A DNA stretch of 64,000 nt from Anthoceros angustus (Eukaryota > Plantae > Anthocerotophyta): contig VJWM01000108.1 of assembly GCA_010909165.1 (NCBI GenBank), forward strand, positions 62,001 through 126,000. The letters run 5' to 3'. Position 1 is the first letter of the stretch. Each line of letters begins with the position of its first letter. The translations under genes were made by a program, and so were the position numbers. The notes below the pieces were generated by a model that made no database searches, was not told where the DNA came from, and saw nothing but the letters and a program-made list of their open reading frames with translations. This document shows positions 1-12,535 of the stretch, in pieces.

Positions 1-429
1 TATACAGTTAGCCCTCCTTAATTGGAAAACCTATAGATGAGATCCCTCCCTTCGGATCTCGCTCCCCTTGAAAGTATGGAGGGATAAAAGGAAAAATTCC
101 CTAAATGACAAATTGAACATACTAGGTTCAGACATTCAAAGTAATTGTACCTTCTTAATTGGGATTTCTCATTTTTATTTTAAAATTTCTAAAATACAAA
201 ATCCTTATTGATGTCATAGCACATCCAAATAGGTTCATAATGGCTGGAGGTTCAATAGATTTCTAAGTGCAGTTGAAGACTCCTAAGCATAGCTTTTTCC
301 TTTATGATAGACCAGTAAAGATTTTTTTTTATGCCGCTTAGAAGGAGTGTTGGCTCTTAAGCAGTTAGGTAGAAAAATAGTAAGGAACGTGGAGACTTTA
401 TGTAAGGAAAAGAGGTGGGAAATCCCATC

Positions 430-770
430 TACCCTGAGACGAAGGGGACAACCCTCAGGAGGGCACTAGGCCAAGAGAGACTAGCCCCATGATCGTCCAT
501 CTTGAAACTACCTATTGCTCGAATGTCATGGTTCGGGTCTACTCTGCCGGTCAAGCGATCTTGCATCTCCACAGGCTTGTTGCCGTCACCTCGTTGGCCA
601 ATGCCCTGCGGGGCCGTCGACATCCATTGCAAGAAAGCCTTGAACAAGAAAGGAGAGACCAACCCCATTCTTCGGACTCTGGTATTCCTTGGCACAAGCC
701 TTGATGAACTTGGAGAAATCCTTGCCCATGGCCCGTGAGCCTCGATGGCAAGGATGAGCAGCGTGGCCAC
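430..770 (-). mobile_element. 5'-truncated 3' end of a CRE-like (restriction-like endonuclease) non-LTR retrotransposon
   Basis: Frameshifted minus-strand peptide MGKDFSKFIKACA...FLQWMSTA/RALANEV matches the other copies (27800, 45300, 53800, 54250). It is followed by the shared 3'UTR motif GGTTGTCCCC...TAGATGGG. Confidence 0.6.
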
Positions 771-950
771 CCTGAAAAGTAATAGGTACTAGTGAGTTGG
801 TTTTAGTGAAACCCATTGATTGAAATCTAAATTTTTCTATCTTTTAGATTTTTAGATTTTATTATTTATTTTAAATTGGAAAAATGCAATTGGGATACCT
901 CAGGCCTCTAAAGTCGGCTTCCATATGGAGGCGACTGAGGTCTGTCTCTA

Positions 951-978
951 ATTGGGACTACATGCATGTAGTCCCAAT
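951..978. repeat. 28-bp perfect palindrome ATTGGGACTACATG|CATGTAGTCCCAAT
   Basis: Read directly: the left 14 nt are the exact reverse complement of the right 14 nt. Confidence 0.9.
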
Positions 979-1799
979 GAGGGAGGGCTGAGTAGCGACA
1001 AAGCGTCAGTGGCAACTAGCTCATAAGCGTCATCCCTTCGACATTTGGGGCCGCTCTCCGCTAACCGAACCCGGTCGGCACAATTCCCAAGGAACGAGAT
1101 CACCAAGGCAAGATGTGGAACTATTTGTGCCGACTCATTAGCATACACAGATCCCGTGTCATTATGGTATGGGGTCTAGTCCGAAGGGAATGACCTTTCC
1201 GTTCGCTTGCGATTTCCTACTCAGATCACCTAACTTACCCTTCTTCTCTGCATCGGCAACCTTCCTGATCACATGCTAAGAACCTGATTCCCATCTCTCT
1301 TACGGGCTCTCACTGGGAGGAACCCGCGTAGGATCGGGGTTCCACCTCCAGGCTCTGGTCCATTCCACAACAGAGGTGCGTACCTACTCTCTATATCCTC
1401 GGTAGCGTGTTACTCATCAGCAGCGTCCGCGCACCTTACTTTATGTCTCACCGTTACATTACCGTACAGGCACAGTACAGCCAAAGTTTAAGCACTCGTT
1501 CTCATCCCAGTGTCCTCTCTCACCCGTGGCTCCCTCGCCGCTCTACTCTTGTCGACCTCGTCCGCACCCTGAGATGCCTGGTTGGAGTTGCGTGTTCCGG
1601 TGGGTGGGTTGACACCTCACGCGTCATGCGACCGCTGACCAGTCGGTCCTACACGCCTCCCGTGCCTTGGTCTTCGCTCCCGCCTCAGCCACTTGGGGTC
1701 CACACGGAAGAGCGGGTCTCGACTTCTCCACACCTAACACAAGAAAGCCAAAGATAGGGGTTTGTCTCAACCCCATTTTGGCCCCAACCATCCGTAAAT

Positions 1800-3250
1800 G
1801 CACATGTCTCATTTCACTGCTTGATTTGCGAACCCACCATGCATCCGAGCCCAAAAGAAGACCTATGTGCCCACCGTCCGCACAAATGCGGACACACCTT
1901 TGTACCAAGTGGATGATCGCACTTATGCTCCAAAGAGTCGGAGTGCACCGAACGTCGCGACTTATACTCCAAAGAGGTGCAATACACCGGGTTTGGAGAG
2001 GGGCGTCAATACTTGTGTAGGCAAGCACTGCCTGCTTGTGCACACTTGCCACCGCACCAACACTCACATCAATTCTCTTTTCAAACCCCGTGATCAGCAA
2101 TCCTGACGGCATATACTGCTCGACCGGCCCCTCCGTCGGAGATAAGCCGCACTTAGATCTCAGCATTAGGCTCCGCTAGAATTGGACAAGGTAAAGGATG
2201 GTGAGGCCTCCTCAACCGTTTGATCAAACTCTTCGTAGCTTACATTTCTTCTTGTCAAGTCCGCCGCTTTCAACCTTAATCTATCCATGGTGGCACATGG
2301 AGCAAGTCGATCTTAAATTCAAAATCTCCGCGAAGCTTGGCCATAGTTCGCTCTCGAACACCTAGCCGCACATGTAGGGGCGCCAAGGTATAGATGTGTC
2401 CTTCGAGCCTCACAAATACTCACCATTTGGTCAAAACCCCACTGCCATCACCTCTTCTTCAGATCACTGCTCACTAGGCTCAGATGCTCTCTTATACTTG
2501 TGTTCGATCGCATCCGCTTTCATTACTCAAGGAAAATCATCTATTCTATTTATTTTCTTGCTTCGCAAAACATTGTGAAACATTATCGTCTTCAAAAGGT
2601 TGGCCATTAGAAACCACCATCATACATGTCGAATTTTGGAAAATGTAGCTCATCTAGAAACCAAGGCCTATGCATCTATACGCATCAAACTCGAATGAGC
2701 GGACATTTGACCAATCAAAGAGATCCAAATTGCAAGTCATCGAGGGCACATAGAGTAAGGCCAAAAGGTTTTACATGTTGTATACAAAGCTTAATGTGGA
2801 ATATAACATCAACCAACAAATGATTTTCAAAATAATATTCATGACTTTACGCCTAGATACCGGATGATTTACAAATTTTCAAACCACTAAAATCAACACT
2901 CCATCCTGGTATTGATCCGCCTCTAGGTTGCTTAATAGTCCAAAAACAAGCAAACTATCCTAGTACTAATCCGACCCAAGAGTGCTAATCGAGTTCTCAA
3001 AGCACCAAAAGCAATCACACCCCATCCGGCCGATCTGGCGCGACTTTGACATCGGCCACAGACAATCCTGTACGAGGGGTCGTCTCAAGGGAATGATTGG
3101 TTCCAGTTTTGCACGTCGTGATCCGATTCCCGCCTGCTGCTTGGGGCGGTTCTATCAGATCTCAACACGATCGTTTCCGCCCCCCCTAATTACTCTTAAG
3201 CGTGCACCGAACAGGCCCGGCGTGGCCAAACATTTAAGGACTTGGAAGTT
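1800..3250 (-). mobile_element. Degenerate Ty3/gypsy pol remnant (RT-RNase H-integrase start)
   Basis: Frameshifted minus-strand pieces: EEEVMAVGF..TKW.EYL.GSK (RNase H EKELLAIVFAL.KWRHYL type, ~2400-2460), GDFEFKIDLLHVP (~2290-2330), and VQRCVRIC (integrase Zn CxxC, ~1880-1910). Confidence 0.5.
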
Positions 3251-3299
3251 TAAGCGTCCTCATCTAGCCAAAGCGTTGGACTTACGCGTTTCAGCGCTC

Positions 3300-5560
3300 A
3301 GTTTCCTTTGATCACCGATCCCTATGTCTTCTCTAGTCCCCTCCTACCACGCTCCCTCGCACATTACCGGTTGGAAATCGTGGGTTTGCGTGGCGGACCT
3401 CGCCGCTTCAACCAGGGCCTCTCGTCCGGCTCTGACACCTTCCTCGGAGTTCGTGGTCTCACGCTCCGGTCGTCTCAAGCGTCATTTGTCTGGAAGAGCA
3501 AGGGTCCCGGGGTCGTCTCGCCTCCGCCACACCACCACACGTTAGGGTGGCCACAGGACCTAGATCGTCTCTCGGAGTTGTCTTGCACCTTTGTTGACTG
3601 GGACTGCCAGCAAAGGCAACACAAGGGTCTCCAAAGAGAATGTGTATCAACCCCAAAGAAAGATGCTTTACTAGAGGGCTTATGCTCTCTTATACTACGC
3701 CCGAGCGTCTTTATTACTCCTAATGAAAGTGATGTCAGCTCAATGTGCCACTAACCCCCAACCCACTATTTCCCTAGCTTATCTCCGCCTACTTCTGCTG
3801 GTGGGGTGCCTGTGATTTCGCCACAGCGTGCGGCCCAATCGGCTTGCACGGCTGCATCAATCCGGATGATCCACGATCGGGCCCTCCCTTCACGAGACTC
3901 ATCCTGAGCTCGGCGGCGGCCTTGACGACGCAGTGACCACCAAGTCCTCCTCTTCACCTCCTCTTAACTCACCGGTGGTCCCCTGTGATGGGTCCACAGC
4001 TGCACTGCTGGTGGTGAGGGTGATCCACACTCACCCTTCCCTCTCTGCGCGGTTGGGGGTCCGCTCCTCCGGTCCGGACTTCCGGTCCTCGACTGTGGGA
4101 CTTGGTCGGTCTCGACTCGGTTCGGACTTCAGTCGGTCTCGACTCGAGTCCGGACTTGAGGTCCGTCTCACGAGGGGCATCCTTTTCGGGGTCTCGGGGT
4201 CCGGGTTCACCTCCTTCCTCCTTCCCCTGGCTCTCTTCCCTTGGCACGCCCGGAGACCCCCTCTCCTTCCTCCCGGGGCGTCGTAGCGGACTTACCTCAT
4301 GCCGAGTGGTGTCCATCGCCTCCTTCTCGCCTGCTCTCCTCCTCATTGTTGCTCGTCCCACGAGCAGTTCCTGTGGCCACGCTTATCCCCTGTGGCTTGC
4401 TCTCTTTCCTCTCTGCAGGCGGAGGAACACCGAAGAAGTGTCACAGGTGGTCCACCTCATGAGCATGTTCAATGAGCGATGATCTTCGCCACCGCCTCAC
4501 CGTCACATCCAGGTAGTCGACATGACCACCCATTTGAGAATTGCGTCCCTCGGCCTCAGGCGCCGCGCTTCCACCCTCCTTTCACCTTGAGGGGTTCCGG
4601 CACCACCCCCCAATTTCCTCCACCGGGTGGTAAACCGCCGCGGACCTCCACGGTCCACCTCCTTGGGTCCTCCCTCGACTTTTGGGCGGAATTTTGTTGG
4701 CCACCGCTTCTTGAACATCCCGCGACCCTGTACCGTGACGTCATCAAACGTCCAAACCGCACAGAAGATGTCCAAGTGCCAATCACCGCAACTCTTGGCC
4801 TCCAACCAAGGCCAAGTCCGGGTGGCGCAGATGTTCCTCTCCACCGGATGCGGGGTTCCCGGACCTCGCCGCCTTCTTGGGCCCCATAATTGCGCGCCTC
4901 GGAAATTCCTTTGTGGCTTGATGACCGACAACTCTCTCATACGCATCTCCGGGCTTCGCGAAGAGGGTCGCGTGAATTGCGCTTGGCGCGGAAGAGATAA
5001 GCGCCGAGGCGGGGTGCTGGCGCAGTGGCAAAACCGAGAAGTCGGTCGAGAGAGCCTTCTCTCGGCCGGAACGCTCGGGAGTTGGGAAGGCGGAGGCGTC
5101 CTTTCCTACCAGCGCTGAGTCACGCATTGCTTACTCTAGCTTTACAGCTGGCTGCATACTTTAGCCTTACTGCGCATGTGGGTGTGGTTATTTCTTGCCA
5201 TAACGGCCATTGGCAACCCTACGGTCCCTGTCCGGCATGCATGCTGTCCCCTCTCAAGACTGCCCACGTGGCACCCGTGCAAACACGCTCCGTTCCAAAG
5301 TTGCCTTTCCCGGCGTACTTATCGCGACTTACTCCAGAGTGTAGTCCTCACCTTGGCCTACTGGGTGTATCCGTAGTCCCCGTGCCGCCCGGAAGTGCGG
5401 TTGGAGTCACTGCCTATTCCGAGTGCGGTCCGAGTCCTCGCCTAGGCGCTCGGTCGTTCATCCCTTTCTTACCCGTCCCGGTCTTATTTCCCCTTTCTCG
5501 CCTTATTTCCCACTCCACACTAATAAAAAAACAAAAAACTAGCTCATTACCTTCCTAAGG
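3300..5560 (-). mobile_element. Retroelement-derived internal region with a degenerate accessory ORF; family member related to 18330-19450
   Basis: 3530-3670 aligns by eye with 18525-18670, and 3930-3950 with 18905-18925. It has a GC-rich, broken minus-strand ORF (4503-4946). Confidence 0.45.
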
Positions 5561-5727
5561 GGGAGAGCCTACGGTCCACACTATCTCTGAGGCAACCATG
5601 AGCGGCGCAACAGAAGGCGACGTGGCATCCCTCGAGGGCATGGTTCAGGCGGTCAGGGGTAGTCCACGGGAGGAGAGGGTAAGCACCTCATCTGCAGCAG
5701 GAGGCCATATTATGTTGCGGCACATGG

Positions 5728-6300
5728 ATGAGGAATCTTATGTTCTGGTCTCTATGTGGAATGAGCAGCGTGCTTAACCTTACTGTCCATGTGCATGTGG
5801 GAATAGGAGGGACTAGGGCTTACCTTCTGCAAGTGAGGACTCGAAGCGGATGGTCCTTCCACTGTGCCCGGGTATGGGGGTTGATTCCCTGTTATACGGA
5901 GGCAGTCTTGAAGGAGCTTACGGAGGAGGAAGCCCGAGCGTGGGTGGAAGAAGAGCCAGTAATGATCTTCAGCAATAGGCAGCAAGCAAGGGTGGATGGA
6001 GCTCATGAGCAGGACACACCCCAGATTAGGTGCGAGGAGTCGACCAGCAGTGGAAGCGAGGTAGAGGTTCTATGGGAGGATTTGTCAGACCAGCGAGGAG
6101 GAAGGAGGGCCCATGGAGTCAGCGGAGGACAAGGGCGGTGACCGTCAGGAGGCGGAGATAACGTAGGCAGGGAGTAGTGGCATCCTAGGAATAGCGTTTT
6201 GGATGGGATTAGGTAGGATGCCATCTCAGACCTAAGGCCGCCCAAAAGTATAGGGGCGCCTCTTCGCGTTCCGCCGCTTTTAGGACCTGGAAAGTCTGGT
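5728..6300 (+). repeat. Dispersed repeat (retroelement LTR/UTR-like), with an inverted relative at ~36430-36780
   Basis: Shared translated motifs: EEEARAWVEE / EAEARAWREE and GSEVEVLWEDLSDQR / SESEVEVLGENRSDQR. Confidence 0.5.
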
Positions 6301-6730
6301 GGGCTATGATGCCCCCCAGCCATTGTATAAAGGGGCTTGGTTGTGCCCCTCACATCAGATAAGTCATGGTTGAGATCCCCATGCTGCCTGTGGCTGGTTG
6401 GAGACATCCGATCGACGGAGGTGGTGTGCACGAGACGCTCCTAGGGGTGGTCGAGGCTTGCTCCAACCCGGTGGGGTGGGGTGGAGGGGGTGTGTGTGAT
6501 AGGCGCTCCTCGGCAACAGGAGGAGGAGATCGAGGATTGGCGCGGGGGCGGTCTGGAGCTTGCTGCCTTTCTTTGGCCGAGAATTCTTCTTTCCCTTACC
6601 CTTTTTCTTGTTGGTTGTGTTCCGAAATTAAGAGACTGTGTGTGTGTGTGGGTAGAAGCCTACGAGGTGAATCGAGAGAGAGAAAGAAGATTGGGTGAAG
6701 AAGTGACCGAACACTGTACGCGATGCGAGG

Positions 6731-7178
6731 TGTGAGACCGTAAAGAGGAGTTAAGAAGGAGAACTAATTGGGGAACTAACAGTGGAGATTTTTTGTGGAT
6801 TGAAGAGAATCTAAACCGGTGCTGTCGGTGGAAGTGTGCACAAGAGAAAACAGCGTGAACAGTGTGTGTGTGTAAAAGCGGTTGAGAGGGAGCTGTGGAA
6901 CTCTGGTCCCTAGGAATCGGTGTGTGCGTGAAGTGTAGAGTGCAAAATAAAGTCGGATCCGTGCGCAGTGATAGCCATCCGTGGCAGGGATCCACGGCGC
7001 CGCGCGCCAGAAACAAGTTGCTAGGGTTTGGTGTGGCGTAACTTTCGCTGATGGCCAGCCGGGCGCGCACAATCTCGTGTCGTTGTAGTAAGGGGTCCGC
7101 TCCCAAGAGAATGACAGGCTCCGTTTTGCCGTGTTTCACCTCGTTTCTCACCTCACTTTAGTAGATTCGGTCTCAACA
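6731..7178. mobile_element. LTR-like unit, ~448 bp, copy 1
   Basis: Begins TGTGAGACCG and ends CGGTCTCAACA (TG...CA ends with a ~10-bp terminal inverted repeat). Repeated at 8505-8898. No TSD found. Confidence 0.55.
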
Positions 7179-7810
7179 CACACATTCATCGTTTTAGGCT
7201 GACTACACTCAGCGTTCACCGAGCAGCCCGGTGGCCAAAGTTTAAGAGACCCGTTCAAGCTCCGCGTCGTTCAAGTTGCTCCTTCACTCTAAGCAGGATA
7301 ATATTTGAAGCGGCTGAATATACAAACCCGCTTCCATAAAGGACAGTTTTCAAAACACCGGTGGGCACCAAATTCCACATAGAGTTGTTTTATGTTTTTG
7401 AGTGATGGTTCATGATATCCCTATCCTAAGGCAGGTACGTATTCCACCGATAATGCTTCTTAGGTATGGTAATGCATCGGCATGCCGCGCCTGCACCCAT
7501 TTCCATCGGAGCGTATCATTGGGTAGTGATTGATTGAAAAAGGTTTGATGCAAACAACTGTTATGTATGTAGAAAGGCATGCGTCGCTCAGAACTTCCTT
7601 CACTCTAAGGAAACACAAAACCTATCACAAATACCCTAGCTCAGCTCAGAGAAGAGTCTCTCGTGTGGCAGCGACGATATGCTATCCATCACCAATTCAA
7701 TGCTTTTGAGGCAGTGCTGGGTCTTGGTTGTCGTTCTCCATCATGGCATTTTCGGCATCCAAAGGATCAATAGGATTGCTTCGGTGTTGTAGTCCTGGAT
7801 GCCACAGCAC

Positions 7811-8413
7811 TCAAAGTTCTCTTCCATCATCCAAGATTTCCCCGTTTTCTCCTTCATCTGCTGAACCCCAAAGGTACAACTGCGCTTGGGAGACACCCTT
7901 CTGGACAAGCTCAATTCCTTTGCCCAAAATTGGGCTGGTCCTCGTCGATGTGGCTCGTGATTCAACTCCTCCTCGGCCCCGGAGTACTTCATATCCATGA
8001 ATCCGTTGTGGGATGAATTCCGCGCAACGCTTGTCCAAATCCACTGCAATGCAATTTCGACCACAAAGCAATGCTGCCAGTGTCGTCGTTCCGCTCCCTG
8101 CACACGCATCTACAATCCAGTCCCCCTCTTTCGAGAAGTTTTTGATCAGCTTGAGCATCAACCCCAGTGGCCTCTGATACGCACACACAACTAGCTTGTC
8201 CAATGACATATATAGCAGCTTCTTCACGACAGTATTGTGCCCAATGACTGCACGACCATTGTTGAAAGAGCCATGGACGTTGTTAGGCAACATTGAAACC
8301 CTGCTTAATTTGCTGGTAGTGGTAACACCCCAGCCCACCGTGATGTACTCCACAGTATCATATCCACCCTGATCATTATGCATATTGGTTTTGTCCCACA
8401 CAAAGGAGACCAT
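7811..8413 (-). CDS. C-terminal half of a beta-class amino-DNA methyltransferase (N6A/N4C type), open 200-codon frame in duplicate copy 1
   Basis: FVWDK...E-Y-I; YQRPLGLMLKLIKNFSKEGDWIVDACAGSGTTTLAALLCGRNCIAVDLD. This matches the canonical xQKP..L...LI...S.EGD.VLDPFxGSGTT..AA....R..IG.E of beta-class MTases (SAM-binding motifs X-I-II). Confidence 0.85.
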   Translation of the reverse strand: MVSFVWDKTNMHNDQGGYDTVEYITVGWGVTTTSKLSRVSMLPNNVHGSFNNGRAVIGHNTVVKKLLYMSLDKLVVCAYQRPLGLMLKLIKNFSKEGDWIVDACAGSGTTTLAALLCGRNCIAVDLDKRCAEFIPQRIHGYEVLRGRGGVESRATSTRTSPILGKGIELVQKGVSQAQLYLWGSADEGENGEILDDGREL

Positions 8414-8504
8414 TCCTCCACCAATGCACCATTGCTGGCATTGCCTCCCTTACAATATGCGACTCTTCCACACCATGCATAACTATCATTCCGATTTCTT
8501 AGCT

Positions 8505-8898
8505 TGTAGGAGCCGTAGAGGAGTTAAGAAGGAGAACTAATTGGGGAACTAACGGTGGAGATTTTTTGTGGATTGAAGAGAATCTAAACGGTCTTTGTCG
8601 GTGGAAGTGTGCACAAAGCGTGAGCAGTGTGTGTGTAAGCGGTTGAGGGGCTGAACTCTGGTCCCTAGGAATCGGTGTGTGTGAAGTGCAAAATAAAGTC
8701 GGATCCGTCGTGATGATAGCCATCCGTGGCGAGGATCCTGGCGCGCCGAAACAAGTTGCTAGGGTTTGGTGTGGTAACTTTTTGATGGCCAGTACGCGCA
8801 CAATCTCGTGTCGTTGTAGTAAGGGTCCGCTCCCAAGAGAATGACAGTCCGTTTGCCGTGTTTCGTTCTCACCTCACTTTAGTAATTCGGTCTCAACA
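8505..8898. mobile_element. LTR-like unit, copy 2 (indel-rich)
   Basis: Colinear with 6731-7178 and ends CGGTCTCAACA, with many 1-3 bp deletions. Confidence 0.55.
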
Positions 8899-9429
8899 CA
8901 CATTCATCGTTTTAGGCTGACTACCACATAGCGTTCACCGAGCAGGCGTGGGTGAAGCGTTTAAGGACCCGTTAGCGTCCGCGTCGTTTCATACTCTTCA
9001 CTCTAAGCAGGATAATATTTGAAGCGGCTGAATATACAAACCGCTTCCATGACGTGACCGTTTCAAAACACCGGTGGGCACCAAATTCCACATAGAGTTG
9101 TTTTATGTTTTGAGTGATGGTTCATGATATCCCTATCCTAAAGGCGGTCGTATTCCAAATAATGCTTCTTAGGTATGGTGCGAATGCATCGGCATCGCGC
9201 CTTGCGCCATTTCCATCGGAGCGTCGTCATTCGCAATGATTGATTGAAAAAGGTTTGATGCAAACAACTAGTTATGTAGTGAAAAAGGCATGCGGCGTCT
9301 CAGAAACTTCCTTCACTCTAAGGAAACACAAAACCTATCACAAATACCCTAGCTCCGAGCTCTTCATGACAGTTTGAGTCTGGTGAGCAGACGGATGCTA
9401 TCCATCACCAATTCAATAGAGGCAGGCGT

Positions 9430-12400
9430 GCTGGGGTCTTGAAGTTGTCGTTCTCCATCATGGCATTTCGGCATCCAAAGGATCAATAGGATTGCTTTCG
9501 GTGTTGTAGTCTGGATGCCTGCGCACTCAAAGTTCTCTGTCCATCATCAAAGATTTCCCCGTTTTCTCCTTCATTACATTGAACCCCAAAGGTACAACTG
9601 CGCTTGGAGACACCCTTCTCGGACAAGCTCAATTCCTTTGCCCAAAATTGGGCTGGTCCTCGTCGATGTGGCTCGTGATTCAACTCCTCCTCGGCGTGGA
9701 ATTTATCCATGAATCCGTTGTGGGATGAATTCAGCAGCGCTTGTCCAAATCCGCAATGCAATTTCGCAATGACCACGCAAACGCGCCCGCATCCGTAGCA
9801 TCGCATCTCGGTAATGCCCGAGCACTAGCTTGTCCAATGACATATATAGCGCTTCTTCCACGGCGATGTGCCCAATATTTGCGACCATTGTTGAAAGAGC
9901 CATGGGCGTTGTTAGGCAACATTGAAACCACTGCTTAATTTCTTTGGTGGTAACCCCCATTACGTGATGTACTCCACGATTATCATATCCACCACGATCA
10001 TTATGCATATTGGTTTTGTCCCACACAAAGGAGACCATTCCTCCACCAATGCACCTTGCTGTGCATTGCCTCCCTTACAATATCGACTCTTCCACCATGC
10101 ATAACTATCATTCGATTTCTTGCTTGTCATATCATGGAAAGAGTGAAACAACATGTAATTTGTGTCGATCCATCTTCACATCATGCTTTCCTTTGTGGAA
10201 TCCTCTTGGCACATCCATAACCAGCAATGTATACTTCCTCTTCCTTAGAAATCCTCGCATCCAACACATCTCTTGCAACCACTTGGTATTTAACAATAAA
10301 ACTCGTTGTACGGTAAATGCTGTAGGCCTTCCTCCATGTCCATGTCGGAGGCCTCTGTTCGTTCTCCGGACCTTTCCATGTGTGCACTTCAAGTATGAAA
10401 GCACGGAAGTCTTGGCGTTCTTGGATCTTCTACATCTTTCACTTGCTACACACAGCCTGAGTTAGGTGGTTAGTGCACAACAAGCTTGAAAAGATCGCGG
10501 GCGGCATGCGGCGCCCTCCCTACTTCCTTATAAAGCCTCAATTCCAACATGAGGAATGGGAGGCGGCATCTCGCCCTCCCTACTTCACCGTAATAAAGAG
10601 ATATACCTTCCCATCGAGCTGTTTGAAACCTTGCAATGACATCGTCCGAAGAGTGCATAGGGTATTCCTGCACCATGTCGAAAGAGTCGCATCCTAAATG
10701 CTTTGCCATAGCCACTTGTATGACATGAAGTTTCTTCCAGAGTGAGCTCCTTGACATACCATTGAGGTCAAGCAATCAAAACCTTTTCCGTCTGCTTGAT
10801 GAGCATTTTTGTCGGTCTACTGGTGGAATTCCTTGAAGCCATGGTTTCCCTGCATCTCTTCGGCTTCAACGCTTCTTCACCTCCTCTCTCAACTTTGCGT
10901 TTGCCCTCTTCTTCTGGTGCTGCAACATGTTTGGCTTGTTAAGCTCCATCGCCTCCCACTTTGAAAGATATATTGTCATTTCTCCAAACCTTTCCCTCCG
11001 GTTTCGCAATGCATAGGATATGTGTCCTGTTGTCCACTTTGTTACGCTTATCTTCATCTTCCGGCCTTCGTCATCCTCGATCGCCCTAACACCTTCTTCA
11101 TTCCTCATCACTCCGTCACGCTTTGCTATCTGCGGTTCATCTCGAGGTATATCGACACCTTTCGATAAAGTTCATCTTCTTCCTTTTGTCGACATTGTGT
11201 TGTGGTGGGTTGCCAATACGCATCTCTTGAAGAGTAAGCCCACGATAAACATGAGCCTCCATCCATTGGAACCTTGCTTTCCACGGAAATGTCACCAAGT
11301 TGCTTCATAGCGGCGTATGTGTGATTGCCTCCGGCCTCCCATAATATATTTTTTGCCACGAACTTACGTCCAATCAAGTTTTTCGATATCCTGCGATCGG
11401 ATGGGTCAATCATACATAGTAGTGGCGAACACCTTCTTCAATCCGACCTTCGAGATGACTCGAGCTAAATAGTTGTCCATGCCTCATCTACTTGCGAATC
11501 GAGCATGGAGTGAGGAGCGAAGCTCAAATTCTCCAGCTTCACAAGATCTCGAGCACTACCTTCTTAGCCGGCGATTCCGGACTTTTTGCAAGTAATCCTC
11601 GTCCATCATTGAGGCCTCGGTCTTTCTCCATCAGTTAACACATGCAATGTTGGAATATCACGCTCGAAGCCACAGCAGCGTCGACTTTTCCCGCTTGAAC
11701 CCTCGGTGTCCATGCTTTGAGATCTATTTCCACCCCAGCCGAGGGTTATACTCGTTCGCTTACTCTTCAACCACGATGCCACTTTGTCACGAAGAATGCG
11801 GAGTGCCTTCACGGGCGCGGCGTCCCTCCTCATCGACTGCGCGCACCTTCCGGGCGCGGCATCACCCCTCCTCATCGACTGCACCTTCACGGGCGGCGGC
11901 ATGCGGCCTCCCACCACATGTGCACCTTCACGGGCGCATGCAGCGTCTTCTCGGGGTGCCTTCACGGGCGGCATGCACCCCGTCTTCATCGATCGGTGCA
12001 CCTTCACGGGCGCGGCATGCGCCTCCTCATCACCTTGGGACCTTCACGGGCGCGGCATGCGCGCCTCCTCATCAACAGTCTCGGCCCGGTGCCGCCGTCG
12101 GACGGTGGGCGCGGCATGCGGCGCCCAATCGCAGCACCATCACGGGCCGGCATCGCCACCATCTGCACTCATCTGCTGCGAATATTGTCCGTCCCAGTCT
12201 TCTCTTTTCTTGGGATGGAGGCTTGGGGTTCAGGCTCATGTCAAATCTCTGGCGGGAATGGGGACTCGCCCATGGTGCTTTCAGTCGGCGTCCTTGGGAA
12301 TGCTCTGGAGGGCCTGCATCCGCCCTTCTCCTGCACTTTGCTCGTAACATATAGCATGGCACGAATACTTTCCCTCTCCTCCTCGCCCTTCTCGCGGTCC

Positions 12401-12535
12401 TCCTCCTCTTGGATGCCTCCACATCGTGGCCAGGATTTCGAGGATAGGCCCATCCTCCTCATCGGAAGGACCGAACTCCACCTCGTCATCCTCAAAATCC
12501 AAAGCAAAGTGGAAGTCACGTGTTCTCCATGACAT
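9430..12535 (-). pseudogene. ParB-like domain + beta-class DNA amino-methyltransferase gene (frameshifted in this assembly)
   Basis: Order from N to C terminus on the - strand: acidic N-terminus DFEDDEVEFGPSDEED (~12470-12520); ~40-nt coding repeats; ParB-like WEAGGNHTYAAMKQL (~11300-11345); YQVVARDVLD..RKYTLLVMDVPRG in the motif IV position (10201-10215); IVMHGVEE..FVWDK; degraded copy of the SAM-binding motifs (~9730-9860). Confidence 0.7.
11806..12075. repeat. Seven ~40-bp tandem repeats (core CCTTCACGGGCGCGGCATGC), probably a coding peptide repeat in the ParB-MTase N-terminus
   Basis: CCTTC starts at 11806, 11846, 11884, 11925, 11959, 12001 and 12041. The minus strand reads PVKVQSMRRGDAAP-like units. 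Confidence 0.85.

Larger units (their letters stand above)
6731..10125. repeat. Tandem duplication of a ~1.77 kb unit (6731-8504 / 8505-10125)
   Basis: The copies are colinear throughout, e.g. GCATAACTATCATT at ~8477 and ~10099. The junction is at ...AGCTTGT|AGGAGCCG (~8505). Confidence 0.9.

Noticed and set aside
6731-8898. LTR - MTase fragment - LTR read as a mini-retrotransposon that captured the methyltransferase
   Set aside because: The sequence after the second LTR repeats the sequence after the first, so it is a tandem duplication. No PBS, PPT or TSD was seen.
11806-12075. Conserved ~20-bp cores alternating with variable ~20-bp segments, superficially CRISPR-like
   Set aside because: The 'spacers' are related to each other, the unit length is irregular, there are no cas genes, the context is eukaryotic, and the array reads as a peptide repeat.
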